This document shows, in pieces, positions 19,604 to 30,979 of a stretch of 64,000 bases of DNA. The DNA comes from Desulfobacterales bacterium (GTDB lineage Bacteria; Desulfobacterota; Desulfobacteria; Desulfobacterales; UBA2174). The position numbers were made by a program, and so were the translations under genes. The notes beneath the pieces were generated by a model. It saw nothing but the letters and a program-made list of their open reading frames with translations. It searched no databases and had not been told where the DNA came from. The stretch covers positions 352,001-416,000 of the forward strand of contig CAXXWC010000003.1 of assembly GCA_963668645.2 (NCBI GenBank), in the 5' to 3' direction. The first letter of the stretch is position 1. The number at the start of each line of letters is the position of its first letter.

Positions 19604-20496
19604 TTGGTCTCCTTGACCTTTTGCCGGGCGATCTGGGCTTCATTCGATTTGGGATACTTGCGTATCAATTCCTGCAGGATCAGTCGGGCATTGGCTTTGT
19701 CGCCGAGGTTGAAGAACGCCAGCCCCTGCTTGAGCAAACTGGCTTCGATCTTGTTGCCGTCCGGGTAGTTCTCGATCACCTTCTGGTATTCGAGGATCGC
19801 CTTCTCGTACCACTGCTCACGGTAGTACGTCTCCCCCAACCAGAATTGCGCGTTTCCGGCCAGCTTCTCTTTCGGATAAAGGCTCAGCAGCCGCTGAAAG
19901 GCACTTCTGGCGCTATCCAGCGCCCCCCGGTCGAAATCACGCTTGGCCGATGCATACAGCTCGTCCACCGACGGCGGCGCAGGCGGCATCGTCCCACCGG
20001 CCGGAACCGCAGATCCGTCCGCAGCTGTCCGGTCAGAACGGGCGCCGGCATCCGAGACGCTGTGGCCGTCAACATCTGCAGGCGGTTCGGCAACTTCCAG
20101 GTTCAGGTACTTCTCAATCGCCTGCAACCGGTAAAGGCATCTGGCCACCTGGTTCTCGATGCGCGCCATGCGGCTTTGGTCGTCGGCCTCGGCAAGACGC
20201 TTGTTCAAAGCATAATGGTTTTCTTCAATCCGCCCGCGCAACTGGGCCAAATCGGTCTTGATACGCCCCAATTCAGCGTGGCTTTCAGCCAACTCGGCCC
20301 GCAGGGCCTGCTCTTGCTGCTTTCCGCTTTGCTCGAGGGTATCCAGCCGCCGCTCCATTGAAACGCGCGAGGATTCATACTCGGCCAACCGCATATCGTG
20401 GCGGGTGACCTCTTCCTGGATTGAACAGCCCGCCAGGAGAACCAACCCGAACGTCGCCAAAAGGCTATGGATATACCGTCGTTTTTGATCGCTCAT
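19600..20496 (-). CDS. cpoB: Tol-Pal system protein YbgF/CpoB
   Basis: Lipobox LAGC, coiled coil, TPRs NAQFWLGETYY..AILEYQKVI..YP; follows pal. Confidence 0.88.
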   Translation of the reverse strand: MSDQKRRYIHSLLATFGLVLLAGCSIQEEVTRHDMRLAEYESSRVSMERRLDTLEQSGKQQEQALRAELAESHAELGRIKTDLAQLRGRIEENHYALNKRLAEADDQSRMARIENQVARCLYRLQAIEKYLNLEVAEPPADVDGHSVSDAGARSDRTAADGSAVPAGGTMPPAPPSVDELYASAKRDFDRGALDSARSAFQRLLSLYPKEKLAGNAQFWLGETYYREQWYEKAILEYQKVIENYPDGNKIEASLLKQGLAFFNLGDKANARLILQELIRKYPKSNEAQIARQKVKETN

Positions 20497-20595
20497 GGCT
20501 CTAAAAGAAAGCCCGCCGGTAACGGCGGGCGCGTAAATGCATTCACTCAACGGCGCCCACCCGTTTCGGTGAGCGCCGATCCGATATCAAACCAT

Positions 20596-21177
20596 CTACT
20601 GAATCACGAACTGCGCCCGCCGATTTTGAGCCCAGGCTTCTTCATCGTGACCCAGTGCCAGGGGCCGCTCTTCCCCGTAGGTGATGATCGACAGCCGTGA
20701 GGCAGCCACGCCCATGTTCACCAGGAAGTCTCTGGCGCTCTGAGCACGCCGTTCGCCCAGCGCCAGGTTGTACTCGTTTGTGCCGCGTTCATCGCAATGA
20801 CCTTCGATCATTACCATCGTCTTGGGGTTGTAGCTCAGCCATGACGCCTTTTTCTTGAGCACGGCCACCGCTTCCGGCGTCAGGTCGGAGCGGTCAAATT
20901 CAAAATGCACATTCTCGTTGAGAAACGCGTCACGGGCTTTGGCCAGTTCCTTTTGGCGGGCTTCTTCAGCCAGCCGCTGGGCCTCTGCCTCAGCCGCCAG
21001 ACGGGCCTCCTCGGCCGCCTTGCGCGCACGCTCGGCTTCCAATGCCGCCTGGTCCTTATCCGTGGCCTGGCTCACCTCGGCATCGGCCTGAACGGCCTTC
21101 TTGGCACACCCGACGGTGAACAGCAACCCCGGTACCACTAACAAGAGAGCCAACACCATCCACCATTTGTTCCGCAT
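20596..21177 (-). CDS. pal: Peptidoglycan-associated lipoprotein
   Basis: VGC lipobox; HFEFD, IEGHCDERGT.EYNLALGERRA, YGEERP, NRRA. Confidence 0.95.
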   Translation of the reverse strand: MRNKWWMVLALLLVVPGLLFTVGCAKKAVQADAEVSQATDKDQAALEAERARKAAEEARLAAEAEAQRLAEEARQKELAKARDAFLNENVHFEFDRSDLTPEAVAVLKKKASWLSYNPKTMVMIEGHCDERGTNEYNLALGERRAQSARDFLVNMGVAASRLSIITYGEERPLALGHDEEAWAQNRRAQFVIQ

Positions 21178-21218
21178 GTTCCCTCCTTTTTTCTGTCATT
21201 CGACTTATGTTCGCTTTT

Positions 21219-22586
21219 TTATTGGATTCCCCCAGGAGACCAGCTCGGCATGCTCTGCGCTCCGGGCAGAGTCAAAAGCCGGCGCTGGTCGGTACCGAAG
21301 GCGGTCATTACATAGATCCTGGAGGGGCCTTCGCGTGTGGAACTGAATGCAATCAGTGAGCCGTCCGGCGACCACGTCGCGGATTCATTGTCTCCGCTGT
21401 CGCGCGTCAACTGAACGGCTTGCCGGGTCTTGAGATCGATGACAAAAATATCGATCCGATTTTTTACCATCCCCGTATAAGCAATACGGTCGCCCTTGGG
21501 CGACCAATTCGGTTGTGTATTATAATGGCCCTCGAAAGTCAAGCGCTCCGAATTTCCGGTATCCAAATCCATGATGTACAGTTGGGGGGTCCCGGCCCGT
21601 TTGGAGACGAAAACCATCCGCTTCCCGTCGGGCGAAAAACTGGGCGACACGTCGATATCCGGTTGCCGCGTCAACCTCCTGATGATTTCGCCGGAACCGG
21701 ACAACAGGTAAATATCCTGATCCCCGCTGAACGAGAGCGTGGCACCAAGCTCGAAGCGGCCCGGCACCCACCCCCCGTTGAGGTTGAGCCCGGCCTTAGA
21801 GACCACGGCCCCCCGCTTGTCCTTGCGGTGACGAATGTATAGTTCCGCCCGGTCTTTGCGATAGGACGTGTAGCTGATCCACTGACCGTCCGGGGACCAG
21901 GTCGGGCGCAGGCTGATGCTCTGGTGATGTGTAAACGGCTGGGGGTCGTATCCGTCGAAGTCACAGACATAAACCTCCTTGTTGCCCGATCCGGTCGAAA
22001 TAAAGGCGATTTTGCTTTCAAAAGGACCGGCACTGCCCGTCAACTGCAAAAGCACCTCGGCGCAGAAACGGCGCACCAGGCGCCGCAGATCCGCCACCCG
22101 GGCGGCGTATCGCTTGCCCACGAGCATCTGCTGCTTGACGGTGTCAAAAAGCCGCAGTTCCATCTCCACCACGTCTTCATCCAGTGCCATCAGGCCCGTG
22201 ATAAGCAGGTCGCTGCCGATCTCCGTCCACGCCTTGAAGTCGACGTCCGCCTGGGCGACCCCCATCTGGCGGGGGTCGATCAGATAAGCGGCCGGATCGA
22301 CGACCATGAAATAGCCTGTGAAGTTGAGGGTGTCGCTCATCAGCCGGGCACCTTCGGCCGCCAGCCGGTCTACTTCGGGCCCCGGATTGAGGGCTTTGAA
22401 CTGCGGAATCGCAATGGGGATTTTGCGCAGAAACGGATTGGTCAGATCGATATAGCCATAATCGGCCGCAGCCGCCCGGAAAGGCGGGTAGAAGCTCCAG
22501 GCAGCGAATAAAAGGAGTCCCACAAACAGATAGAAACCGATCGACCGTTGGGGCCGGCGGATTGTTCTGGAAGCTGTCCGGTTCAT
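21219..22586 (-). CDS. tolB: Tol-Pal beta-propeller protein TolB
   Basis: IPIAIP N-domain, multiple P.WSPDG repeats, operon context. Confidence 0.93.
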   Translation of the reverse strand: MNRTASRTIRRPQRSIGFYLFVGLLLFAAWSFYPPFRAAAADYGYIDLTNPFLRKIPIAIPQFKALNPGPEVDRLAAEGARLMSDTLNFTGYFMVVDPAAYLIDPRQMGVAQADVDFKAWTEIGSDLLITGLMALDEDVVEMELRLFDTVKQQMLVGKRYAARVADLRRLVRRFCAEVLLQLTGSAGPFESKIAFISTGSGNKEVYVCDFDGYDPQPFTHHQSISLRPTWSPDGQWISYTSYRKDRAELYIRHRKDKRGAVVSKAGLNLNGGWVPGRFELGATLSFSGDQDIYLLSGSGEIIRRLTRQPDIDVSPSFSPDGKRMVFVSKRAGTPQLYIMDLDTGNSERLTFEGHYNTQPNWSPKGDRIAYTGMVKNRIDIFVIDLKTRQAVQLTRDSGDNESATWSPDGSLIAFSSTREGPSRIYVMTAFGTDQRRLLTLPGAQSMPSWSPGGIQ

Positions 22587-22640
22587 GATCCTCTCGGTCT
22601 TGGGTGCGGGTGGATGCTCACCTCATCGCCATACTCGGCG

Positions 22641-23612
22641 TCAACGCAGCACCCCTTGAGGTGTGAAGCGCAGGCCGACCGTTACGAAGGGGCGTCCCAA
22701 TCCCTTCGGGTGGGGCGGCAACGGGTTGGACTTTAAAATGGCCCGCCGGGCGGATTCATCAAGGTAGCTGTTTCCCGAAGGCCTGTCAAACCAGATATCC
22801 TCAATCTGGCCGTTGGGCAACACCTTGAAAGCCACCTCGGCCATCAGGTCATCGCGGCCGGCGGTCAGGGTCTCGGACAAGGCCCAGTGCCGATTGACCT
22901 CATAGGCGATTTCAAGCCGATAAATATCGATGGGCTCCAGCCCCAGGCCGCCGGCCCTGCCTCCTCCGGGAACGCCCCCGGTGGATTCCTGACGCTTGAG
23001 ACGCTCAATGGCCTCATTGCCGGCAGTGGTCGACTTGAGCCGTTCGATGGCCTGCGCCACCGTCGAGGGCCGCCCTGATTCGACTTTCTTCTCGATCTTC
23101 TCGATGGCCTTTTGAACCGAGGTCTCCGGTTGGAAGGTCTCTTTCTTGAGGCTTTTTTTGACTTCCGGGGGGCGCTGCACCGGGGTCTCGGGCCTTGATG
23201 GCGCAACGGATATCACCTTTTCCGGTTCCGGTGCGGCGGGGGCCGGAGCTGGCGGCACCGGAGGTGCTTTGACGGGCGTCGGCGGCGGTACGCTCTTGGT
23301 TTTGACCGGAGCCGGGGCGGGTGGGGCCGGGGCCGGGGCTGGGGCTGGGGCTGGGGCTGGGGCTGGGGCCGGCGTCGAGGAGCCGGCGTCTGCGGGCGCC
23401 AGTTCGTTGAGTGAAACCATGGTCACGTTGATCACCGACGGCAACCGGCTGCGTTCGGGCGCCCATCGCGGCATGAAAAACACGGCCAGAATCAGCAGCA
23501 GATGCCCCAGCACCGATACTGCGCAAGGGATGGCCAGTATCCGGCTCTGGTTTTCTGCCGCTGCAAAAGCACTGGTGGACGAGAGTTGCACGCGCTCGAC
23601 TCCATCGATCAA
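22641..23612 (-). CDS. tolA: TolA/TonB family energy transducer
   Basis: TM with S..GH, Pro-rich linker, C-terminal SGN.YLDESA.RAI..SNPLP; located between tolR and tolB. Confidence 0.8.
   Translation of the reverse strand: MIDGVERVQLSSTSAFAAAENQSRILAIPCAVSVLGHLLLILAVFFMPRWAPERSRLPSVINVTMVSLNELAPADAGSSTPAPAPAPAPAPAPAPAPPAPAPVKTKSVPPPTPVKAPPVPPAPAPAAPEPEKVISVAPSRPETPVQRPPEVKKSLKKETFQPETSVQKAIEKIEKKVESGRPSTVAQAIERLKSTTAGNEAIERLKRQESTGGVPGGGRAGGLGLEPIDIYRLEIAYEVNRHWALSETLTAGRDDLMAEVAFKVLPNGQIEDIWFDRPSGNSYLDESARRAILKSNPLPPHPKGLGRPFVTVGLRFTPQGVLR
23323..23370 (+). repeat. (GGGGCY)8 hexanucleotide repeat encoding the Pro-Ala linker of TolA
   Basis: GGGGCC x2, GGGGCT x5, GGGGCC. Confidence 0.9.
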
Positions 23613-24037
23613 GCCGGTGGCGATCTGCGCGCTTTGTCCGGCGGCAGGGTAACCATGCCGAGCCGATCGACGCCCGCATTCTTGATTTCAGCCATCACCC
23701 GGACCACCATGCCGTAAGGGATCTCCTTGTCCGCCCGCAGGTAGACCTCACGATCGCTGCGGGTTTCGAGGATCTTGGCCAGCTTTTGGCTAAGAGAGTC
23801 GACCGGCACCTCGTAATCGCTGATGAAGACCTTTTGCTGCGCATCGATGGAAACCACCAGAGGCTCTTTTTCTGTGGTGATCTGTTCGGCGGTGACTTCC
23901 GGCAGGGCCACGTCGACCCCCTGGACCATCATGGGAGCGGTGACCATGAAAATAATCAACAGCACCAGCATCACGTCCACCAGGGGCGTCACATTGATCT
24001 CCGACATCAAGCTGTCGCGACCGTTGCCGGTGTTCAT
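23609..24037 (-). CDS. tolR: TolR
   Basis: SEINVTPLVDVMLVLLIIFMVTAPM, VYLRADK..PYG.VV.VM. Confidence 0.93.
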   Translation of the reverse strand: MNTGNGRDSLMSEINVTPLVDVMLVLLIIFMVTAPMMVQGVDVALPEVTAEQITTEKEPLVVSIDAQQKVFISDYEVPVDSLSQKLAKILETRSDREVYLRADKEIPYGMVVRVMAEIKNAGVDRLGMVTLPPDKARRSPPA

Positions 24038-24753
24038 CGCCTTGCTCCTTCGGCGACCAGGATATCGCGCTCGACAATGTTTAGAAAATCAGAGGCAAAA
24101 TTGTTCAACTCGGTTTCGATGAGACGAATCTTCTGATTGAAATAGTTGTAGGCGATCACGGCTGGAATCGCCGCTGCCAACCCGGCGGCGGTGGCGACCA
24201 AAGCCTCGCTGATTCCCGGCGCGACCACGGCCAGACTGGCCGAGCCGCGCAATCCGATGCCGTGAAAGGAATTCATGATACCCCAAACCGTACCGAACAG
24301 GCCGATAAAAGGAGTCGTGTTGCCCGTCGTGGCAAGGAACGGCACCAATTGTCCCATGCGCGCCACCTCGCTGTTAATGGCCCGCCTGAGAGAGCGGCGC
24401 ACATTGTCCGTCCCGGGAAGCCGGCCGCCAAGAGGCGGTACATCCCCCCCCTCTACGGCCCCGGCAGAACGTTGCAGCTTTTTAAGCTCGATGTAACCGA
24501 CCCGAAACACACGCGCCACCGGACTGCCCATCAACAGCTTGGCCCGGTTGAAGGCTTCGGTCAAATCGTTGCTCTTCCAGAAAAAATCGACGAAATGGGC
24601 CGACTCCTGCACCGCACGCCTCAGGTAGCGGTACTTCATGATGATGATCGCCCAACTGGTTACCGAAAAGAAAAAAAGCAGGAACAGCACGAGCTGGACC
24701 ATCAGCCCGGCATTGAGCACCATGTGGATCAGATCGAGATCGGAAGGCAGCAT
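24034..24753 (-). CDS. tolQ: TolQ
   Basis: FLATTGNTTPFIGLFGTVWGIM, VAPGISEALVATAAGL.AAIPAV. Confidence 0.93.
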   Translation of the reverse strand: MLPSDLDLIHMVLNAGLMVQLVLFLLFFFSVTSWAIIIMKYRYLRRAVQESAHFVDFFWKSNDLTEAFNRAKLLMGSPVARVFRVGYIELKKLQRSAGAVEGGDVPPLGGRLPGTDNVRRSLRRAINSEVARMGQLVPFLATTGNTTPFIGLFGTVWGIMNSFHGIGLRGSASLAVVAPGISEALVATAAGLAAAIPAVIAYNYFNQKIRLIETELNNFASDFLNIVERDILVAEGARR

Positions 24754-24842
24754 TCAGGATCACTCCGCCAAAGGCCTTTAAGGGTCAAAACAGGTTCCAT
24801 GGGCACAAAACGTACTAAAAATACAGCGATTTTTGAAAGTGC

Positions 24843-24871
24843 AGCGTAATCAAATTCGCAATCGGTGTCAA
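24843..24871 (-). promoter_or_regulatory. sigma70-type promoter of the tol-pal-ruv operon
   Basis: TTGACA-17 nt-TACGCT on the minus strand. Confidence 0.55.
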
Positions 24872-24990
24872 GGATCTTTCTTGAGCCGGTCTTCTCCGTT
24901 GGCCACCGCCCCGCCGCCCTCCCCACACTGGAGCGCAGACGGCTACGATGTGCCGTGGACGATCCAAAATGGCTTGCAGTCTGATAATCG

Positions 24991-25019
24991 TTGACAGCCT
25001 GGATTCAAAACAATAAAAA
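24991..25019 (+). promoter_or_regulatory. sigma70-type promoter of sdhCAB
   Basis: TTGACA-17 nt-TAAAAA(T). Confidence 0.45.
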
Positions 25020-25091
25020 TTGGAGTTTAATCTTAGATTTCGTACGGCCCTCAGGTGCTAAAAGAGAGACGATTCAAAGGGAGGAAACTCG

Positions 25092-25733
25092 ATGCACTGG
25101 TTTATGGAGACAATTGGCACGGCCATCGGCAAGAAGGTGTTAATGGCGTTGAGCGGGCTTTGTTTTTGCGGCTTTCTGGCGGCCCATCTGGCCGGCAACC
25201 TGCTGCTGGTCAAGGGGGCCGACGCGTTCAACGCCTATGCCGACAAGCTCCAGTCGCTCGGGGCCCTGCTGCGTGTGGCCGAGGCCGGTCTGATCGTTCT
25301 GGCCCTGGTGCACGTGGGCACCGGGCTGTACCTGTTTTACCAGAATTGGCGGGCCCGGCCGGTGCGCTACCGGGTCAATGCCACGGCCGGGGGCCAGAGC
25401 CTCGGGTCGGCCACCATGCCCTATACCGGTCTTTTGCTGCTGGGCTTTATCGTGTTTCATCTGTTGCACTTCACCTTCGTGGACAAGAGCGCCACCACGG
25501 TGTTCGCCCTGGTGGCCGAGGCGTTTTCCCATCCGGTTTACGTGGGGCTGTACATTGCGGCGGTGGTGGTGGCGGCCGTGCACGTAAGCCACGGGTTCTG
25601 GAGCGCCTTTCAGAGCCTGGGGCTCAACCACGGCAAGTATTTCGGCCTGGTGCGGGGCCTGGGGCTGGCATTTGCCCTGATCGTGGGAGCGGGGTTCGGC
25701 TTTTTGCCGGTCTACGTGGGCATGGTGGTATAG
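25092..25733 (+). CDS. sdhC: Succinate dehydrogenase/fumarate reductase cytochrome b subunit (b558 type)
   Basis: IGKK.LMALSG..FLAAHLAGN, five TMs, His ligands incl. FHLLHF and HVSHGFWSAFQSLG. Confidence 0.9.
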   Translation: MHWFMETIGTAIGKKVLMALSGLCFCGFLAAHLAGNLLLVKGADAFNAYADKLQSLGALLRVAEAGLIVLALVHVGTGLYLFYQNWRARPVRYRVNATAGGQSLGSATMPYTGLLLLGFIVFHLLHFTFVDKSATTVFALVAEAFSHPVYVGLYIAAVVVAAVHVSHGFWSAFQSLGLNHGKYFGLVRGLGLAFALIVGAGFGFLPVYVGMVV

Positions 25734-25797
25734 GTCTTATCTGTCCTATCGGTCCTATTTGCGCGCCATAGGACCCATAGGACAAATAGGACTTATA
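25729..25797. repeat. Palindromic element built from 9-bp units (ATAGGACNN)
   Basis: TAT AGGTCTTAT CTGTCCTAT CGGTCCTAT - 9 nt - ATAGGACCC ATAGGACAA ATAGGACTT ATA. Confidence 0.85.
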
Positions 25798-25841
25798 GCG
25801 CTTCTTTAAATTTCACGGCAACACAACAGCAGGAGACAGTC

Positions 25842-27754
<1,913 letters not shown>

Positions 27755-27758
<4 letters not shown>

Positions 27759-28522
27759 GCAGCCGCACCATCGATTTGACGCTTCTGGTCTGGCGCCAGA
27801 ACGGCGCGCGCGACAAGGGCCGCTTCGAGACCCTGCGCGCGGCCGGGATATCCACGGACATGAGCTTTCTGGAGATGCTCGACGTGGTCAACGAACGCCT
27901 GAGCCTGGACGGCAAGGAGCCCATCGCCTTTGACCACGATTGCCGCGAGGGGATCTGCGGCATGTGCGGGGCGGTGATCAACGGCCGGCCCCACGGCCCG
28001 CAGCCGGGCACCACGCTGTGCCAGCTGCACATGCGCCACTTTTCCAACGGCGACACCCTGGCCATCGAGCCGTTCCGGGCCCGGGCCTTCAAGGTGGTCA
28101 AGGACCTGGTGGTGGACCGTTCGGCCCTGGACCGGCTGATGGCGGCCGGCGGCTACATTTCGGTCAACACCGGATCGGCCCCCGAGGCCAACGCGACCCC
28201 CATCGGGGCCGAAGCGGCCGAGCGGGCCATGGACGCGGCGGCCTGCATCGGCTGCGGGGCCTGCGTGGCGGCCTGCCCCAACGCCTCGGCAATGCTCTTT
28301 GTAGGCGCCAAGGTCAGCCACCTGGCCCTGCTGCCCCAGGGCCGTCCCGAGGCGGCCCGGAGGGCCCTGGCCATGGTGCGCGCGGCCGACGACCTCGGGT
28401 TCGGCAACTGCACCAACGTGACCGAGTGCGCCGCCGAGTGCCCCAAGGAGATCTCCATCGTCAACATCGCCCGGCTCAACCGCGAGTTTCTAAAGGCCGC
28501 CTTGTTCTCCAACGAAGTCTAG
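27755..28522 (+). CDS. sdhB: Succinate dehydrogenase/fumarate reductase iron-sulfur subunit
   Basis: GTGA overlap with sdh[33 protein letters not shown]. Confidence 0.95.
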
Positions 28523-28550
28523 ACTCGGCATTGTTTGCCCGGGTATTGTC

Positions 28551-29231
28551 ATGAACCTGACCCTTTCCGAAATCGCTGCCGGATTGAACGTGACCGAATC
28601 CACCGTAGAACGGTGGATTCGGCAGGGGCGGATCCCGGTACAGCGGACCGGCAGCGAGTACCGCTTCAACCTCTCGGTGCTCGAACGCTGGGCGGAAAGC
28701 CACAACATGACCTTCGCCCTGCCTGCCGCCCCACCAGAACTGGCCCTGCCTTTGCGCGCAAACCTCGTGGCGGCTATGGCGCGCGGCGGGATCCATCGCG
28801 AGATTGCCGGCGAGAACGTCGTGGGCGTCTTGAAAGCGGCGGTGGCGCGGCTGACCATGCTGCCCGAAAACGCCCGGGACGATCTTTACGATCAGCTGGT
28901 ACGCCGGGAGCGGCTCACCTCGACCGGTATCGGCCGCGGCGTGGCCATCCCCCATCCGCGCAGCCCCATCGAGGGCGTTTCGGACCTGCCGCTGATCGCC
29001 ACCTCTTTTTTACAAAAACCGATCGATTTCAAGGCAGTGGACGATCAGCCGGTCTTTGTCCTGTTCATCCTCATCAGCGATTCCATCGACAACCACCTGC
29101 ACCTGCTCTCAAGGCTGGCCTTTTGCCTGCGTGACAACGATTTTCTGGCCTTTTTACACCGCCAACCCGAAGCTGATGCCCTATTGGAACGCATCGCCGC
29201 CTTTGAAAAGCGACTCGACGGCCGCCACTGA
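28551..29231 (+). CDS. Excisionase-type HTH fused to PTS IIA (Ntr/Fru-type) domain
   Basis: LTLSEIAAGLNVTESTVERWIRQGRIP..YRF, then RE.LTSTGIG.GVAIPH.R, PIDF.A.D, HL.LLSRLA. Confidence 0.88.
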   Translation: MNLTLSEIAAGLNVTESTVERWIRQGRIPVQRTGSEYRFNLSVLERWAESHNMTFALPAAPPELALPLRANLVAAMARGGIHREIAGENVVGVLKAAVARLTMLPENARDDLYDQLVRRERLTSTGIGRGVAIPHPRSPIEGVSDLPLIATSFLQKPIDFKAVDDQPVFVLFILISDSIDNHLHLLSRLAFCLRDNDFLAFLHRQPEADALLERIAAFEKRLDGRH

Positions 29232-29240
29232 AAACGACTC

Positions 29241-30977
29241 ATGCCGAGATTCAAACCATGGCGCAAGTTCGCCAACTGGAGTTTTTTTCAAAATGACGAC
29301 CGGCTCCTGCTGATCTGCATCGCCTTGATAGTCGGGGTTTGCAGCGGATTGGCCGCCGTGGCCCTCAACCGCTCCCTTTCGGCCATCCTGCACTGGCTTC
29401 ACCCGTACCGCACCCAGGTCTGGGCCTTTGTCCTGCCAGGGGCCGGGGCGGCGCTCTCCTCGATATTTCTCAACAAGATCGTCAACGAAGGGGCCGGGCA
29501 CGGTGTGCCGGAAGTGGTCTATGCCGTATCGCGCTACGGCGGCTTGATGCGCTTTCGCAGCAGCTACTCGCGCCTGATTTCAAGCTTTCTGACCATCGGC
29601 AGCGGCGGCAGCGCCGGTCCCGAGGCCCCGGTGGTCATGAGCGGTGCGGCCATCGGGTCGAACATCGCCAAATTTTTTTCCCTCAACGACCGCCAGCGCA
29701 TCACCCTTGTGGGCTGCGGGGCGGCCGGCGCCATCGCCTCGATCTTCAACGCGCCCATCGCCGGCATGGTCTTTGCCATCGAGGTCATCCTCGGCGAATG
29801 GAGCGCACTGAACATCATCCCCATCGCCATGGCTGCCGTGAGCGGTACCGAGGTCAGCCGCATCCTCCAGGGAAACCAGATCGCCTTCGACCACCGCCTT
29901 TTCGACATTCATCTGATCGACATTGTCGCCTCGGCGGGTTTGGCCATCGCCGCCGCCCTGGTCTCGGTGCTGCTCACCCGTACCTTGCGCGGCACCAGCC
30001 GCCTGGCCGGCCGTCTGCCGGTACCGCAGGCCGTGCGGGCCGCCATCGGCGGCTGCACCGTGGGCCTGATCGGACTCTGGCTGCCCGTTGTGCTCGGCGA
30101 AGGATACCAGCCCATCGACCAGATGATCAGCGGCCACTTCACAACTGGCTTATTGATCGTGGCAGCCGCCTTGCTGGCCAAGATTCTGGCCACGGCCCTG
30201 ACCCTCGGCTCGGGCGGTTCCGGCGGTATTTTCGCGCCCTCGCTGGTCATCGGCAGCATGGTGGGATTGGCATACCACCACTTGCTGGTCTGGGTCTGGC
30301 CGGGTGCCGGCTGGGTCAACGAGGGATGCTTCGCCCTGCTGGGAATGGCCGGACTGATCAGCGGCATGCTCCAGGCCCCCCTGACCGGCATTTTTCTTAT
30401 CGTGGAAATTACCGGCGGCTATGAAACGATCCTGCCGCTGATCATCGTCTCGACCATCGCCACCACGATGAGCCACTATCTCGAACCGGCTTCCTTCTAC
30501 CTGAGGGATCTTGTCGAACGGGGCCAGCTCATGCGTCCCGGTACCGACCGGCGGGTGCTTGCCGACATGCGCGTACGTGAACTGATAGAAACCGACTGCA
30601 TCCCGGTGGCGCCCGAAATGCGGCTGCGCGATTTCATCGAGGTGGTCAAACGGTCGCGACGCAATTATTTCCCGGTCAACGCCCCCCAAACCGGTGCCTT
30701 TCTCGGCATCGTCTATCTGGATGACATCCGGCCCTACCTTTTCGACCCCCTTCTCTACGACGCGGTGGTGGTCGGCCAGATCATGCATAGCGATGTCGCC
30801 GTAGCCGCACCGGACGACGACTTGAGCGATATCCTACGCCGGATGGACGCTGGCCACCTCTTTTCCATGCCGGTGGTTTCCGACGATGTCTTTCTGGGCA
30901 TGGTTTCCAAGGCCACCCTGCTCGATCGCTACCGCCGGGAACTGATGGTACAAACCTATTGGCAGCAAGGAGCCTGA
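29241..30977 (+). CDS. CLC family chloride channel/transporter with CBS pair
   Basis: GHGVPEV, GGSAGPEAP, FNAPIAG..FAIEV, GGSGGIFAP, APLTGIFL..EITG; C-terminal CBS domains. Confidence 0.92.
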   Translation: MPRFKPWRKFANWSFFQNDDRLLLICIALIVGVCSGLAAVALNRSLSAILHWLHPYRTQVWAFVLPGAGAALSSIFLNKIVNEGAGHGVPEVVYAVSRYGGLMRFRSSYSRLISSFLTIGSGGSAGPEAPVVMSGAAIGSNIAKFFSLNDRQRITLVGCGAAGAIASIFNAPIAGMVFAIEVILGEWSALNIIPIAMAAVSGTEVSRILQGNQIAFDHRLFDIHLIDIVASAGLAIAAALVSVLLTRTLRGTSRLAGRLPVPQAVRAAIGGCTVGLIGLWLPVVLGEGYQPIDQMISGHFTTGLLIVAAALLAKILATALTLGSGGSGGIFAPSLVIGSMVGLAYHHLLVWVWPGAGWVNEGCFALLGMAGLISGMLQAPLTGIFLIVEITGGYETILPLIIVSTIATTMSHYLEPASFYLRDLVERGQLMRPGTDRRVLADMRVRELIETDCIPVAPEMRLRDFIEVVKRSRRNYFPVNAPQTGAFLGIVYLDDIRPYLFDPLLYDAVVVGQIMHSDVAVAAPDDDLSDILRRMDAGHLFSMPVVSDDVFLGMVSKATLLDRYRRELMVQTYWQQGA

Positions 30978-30979
30978 CC

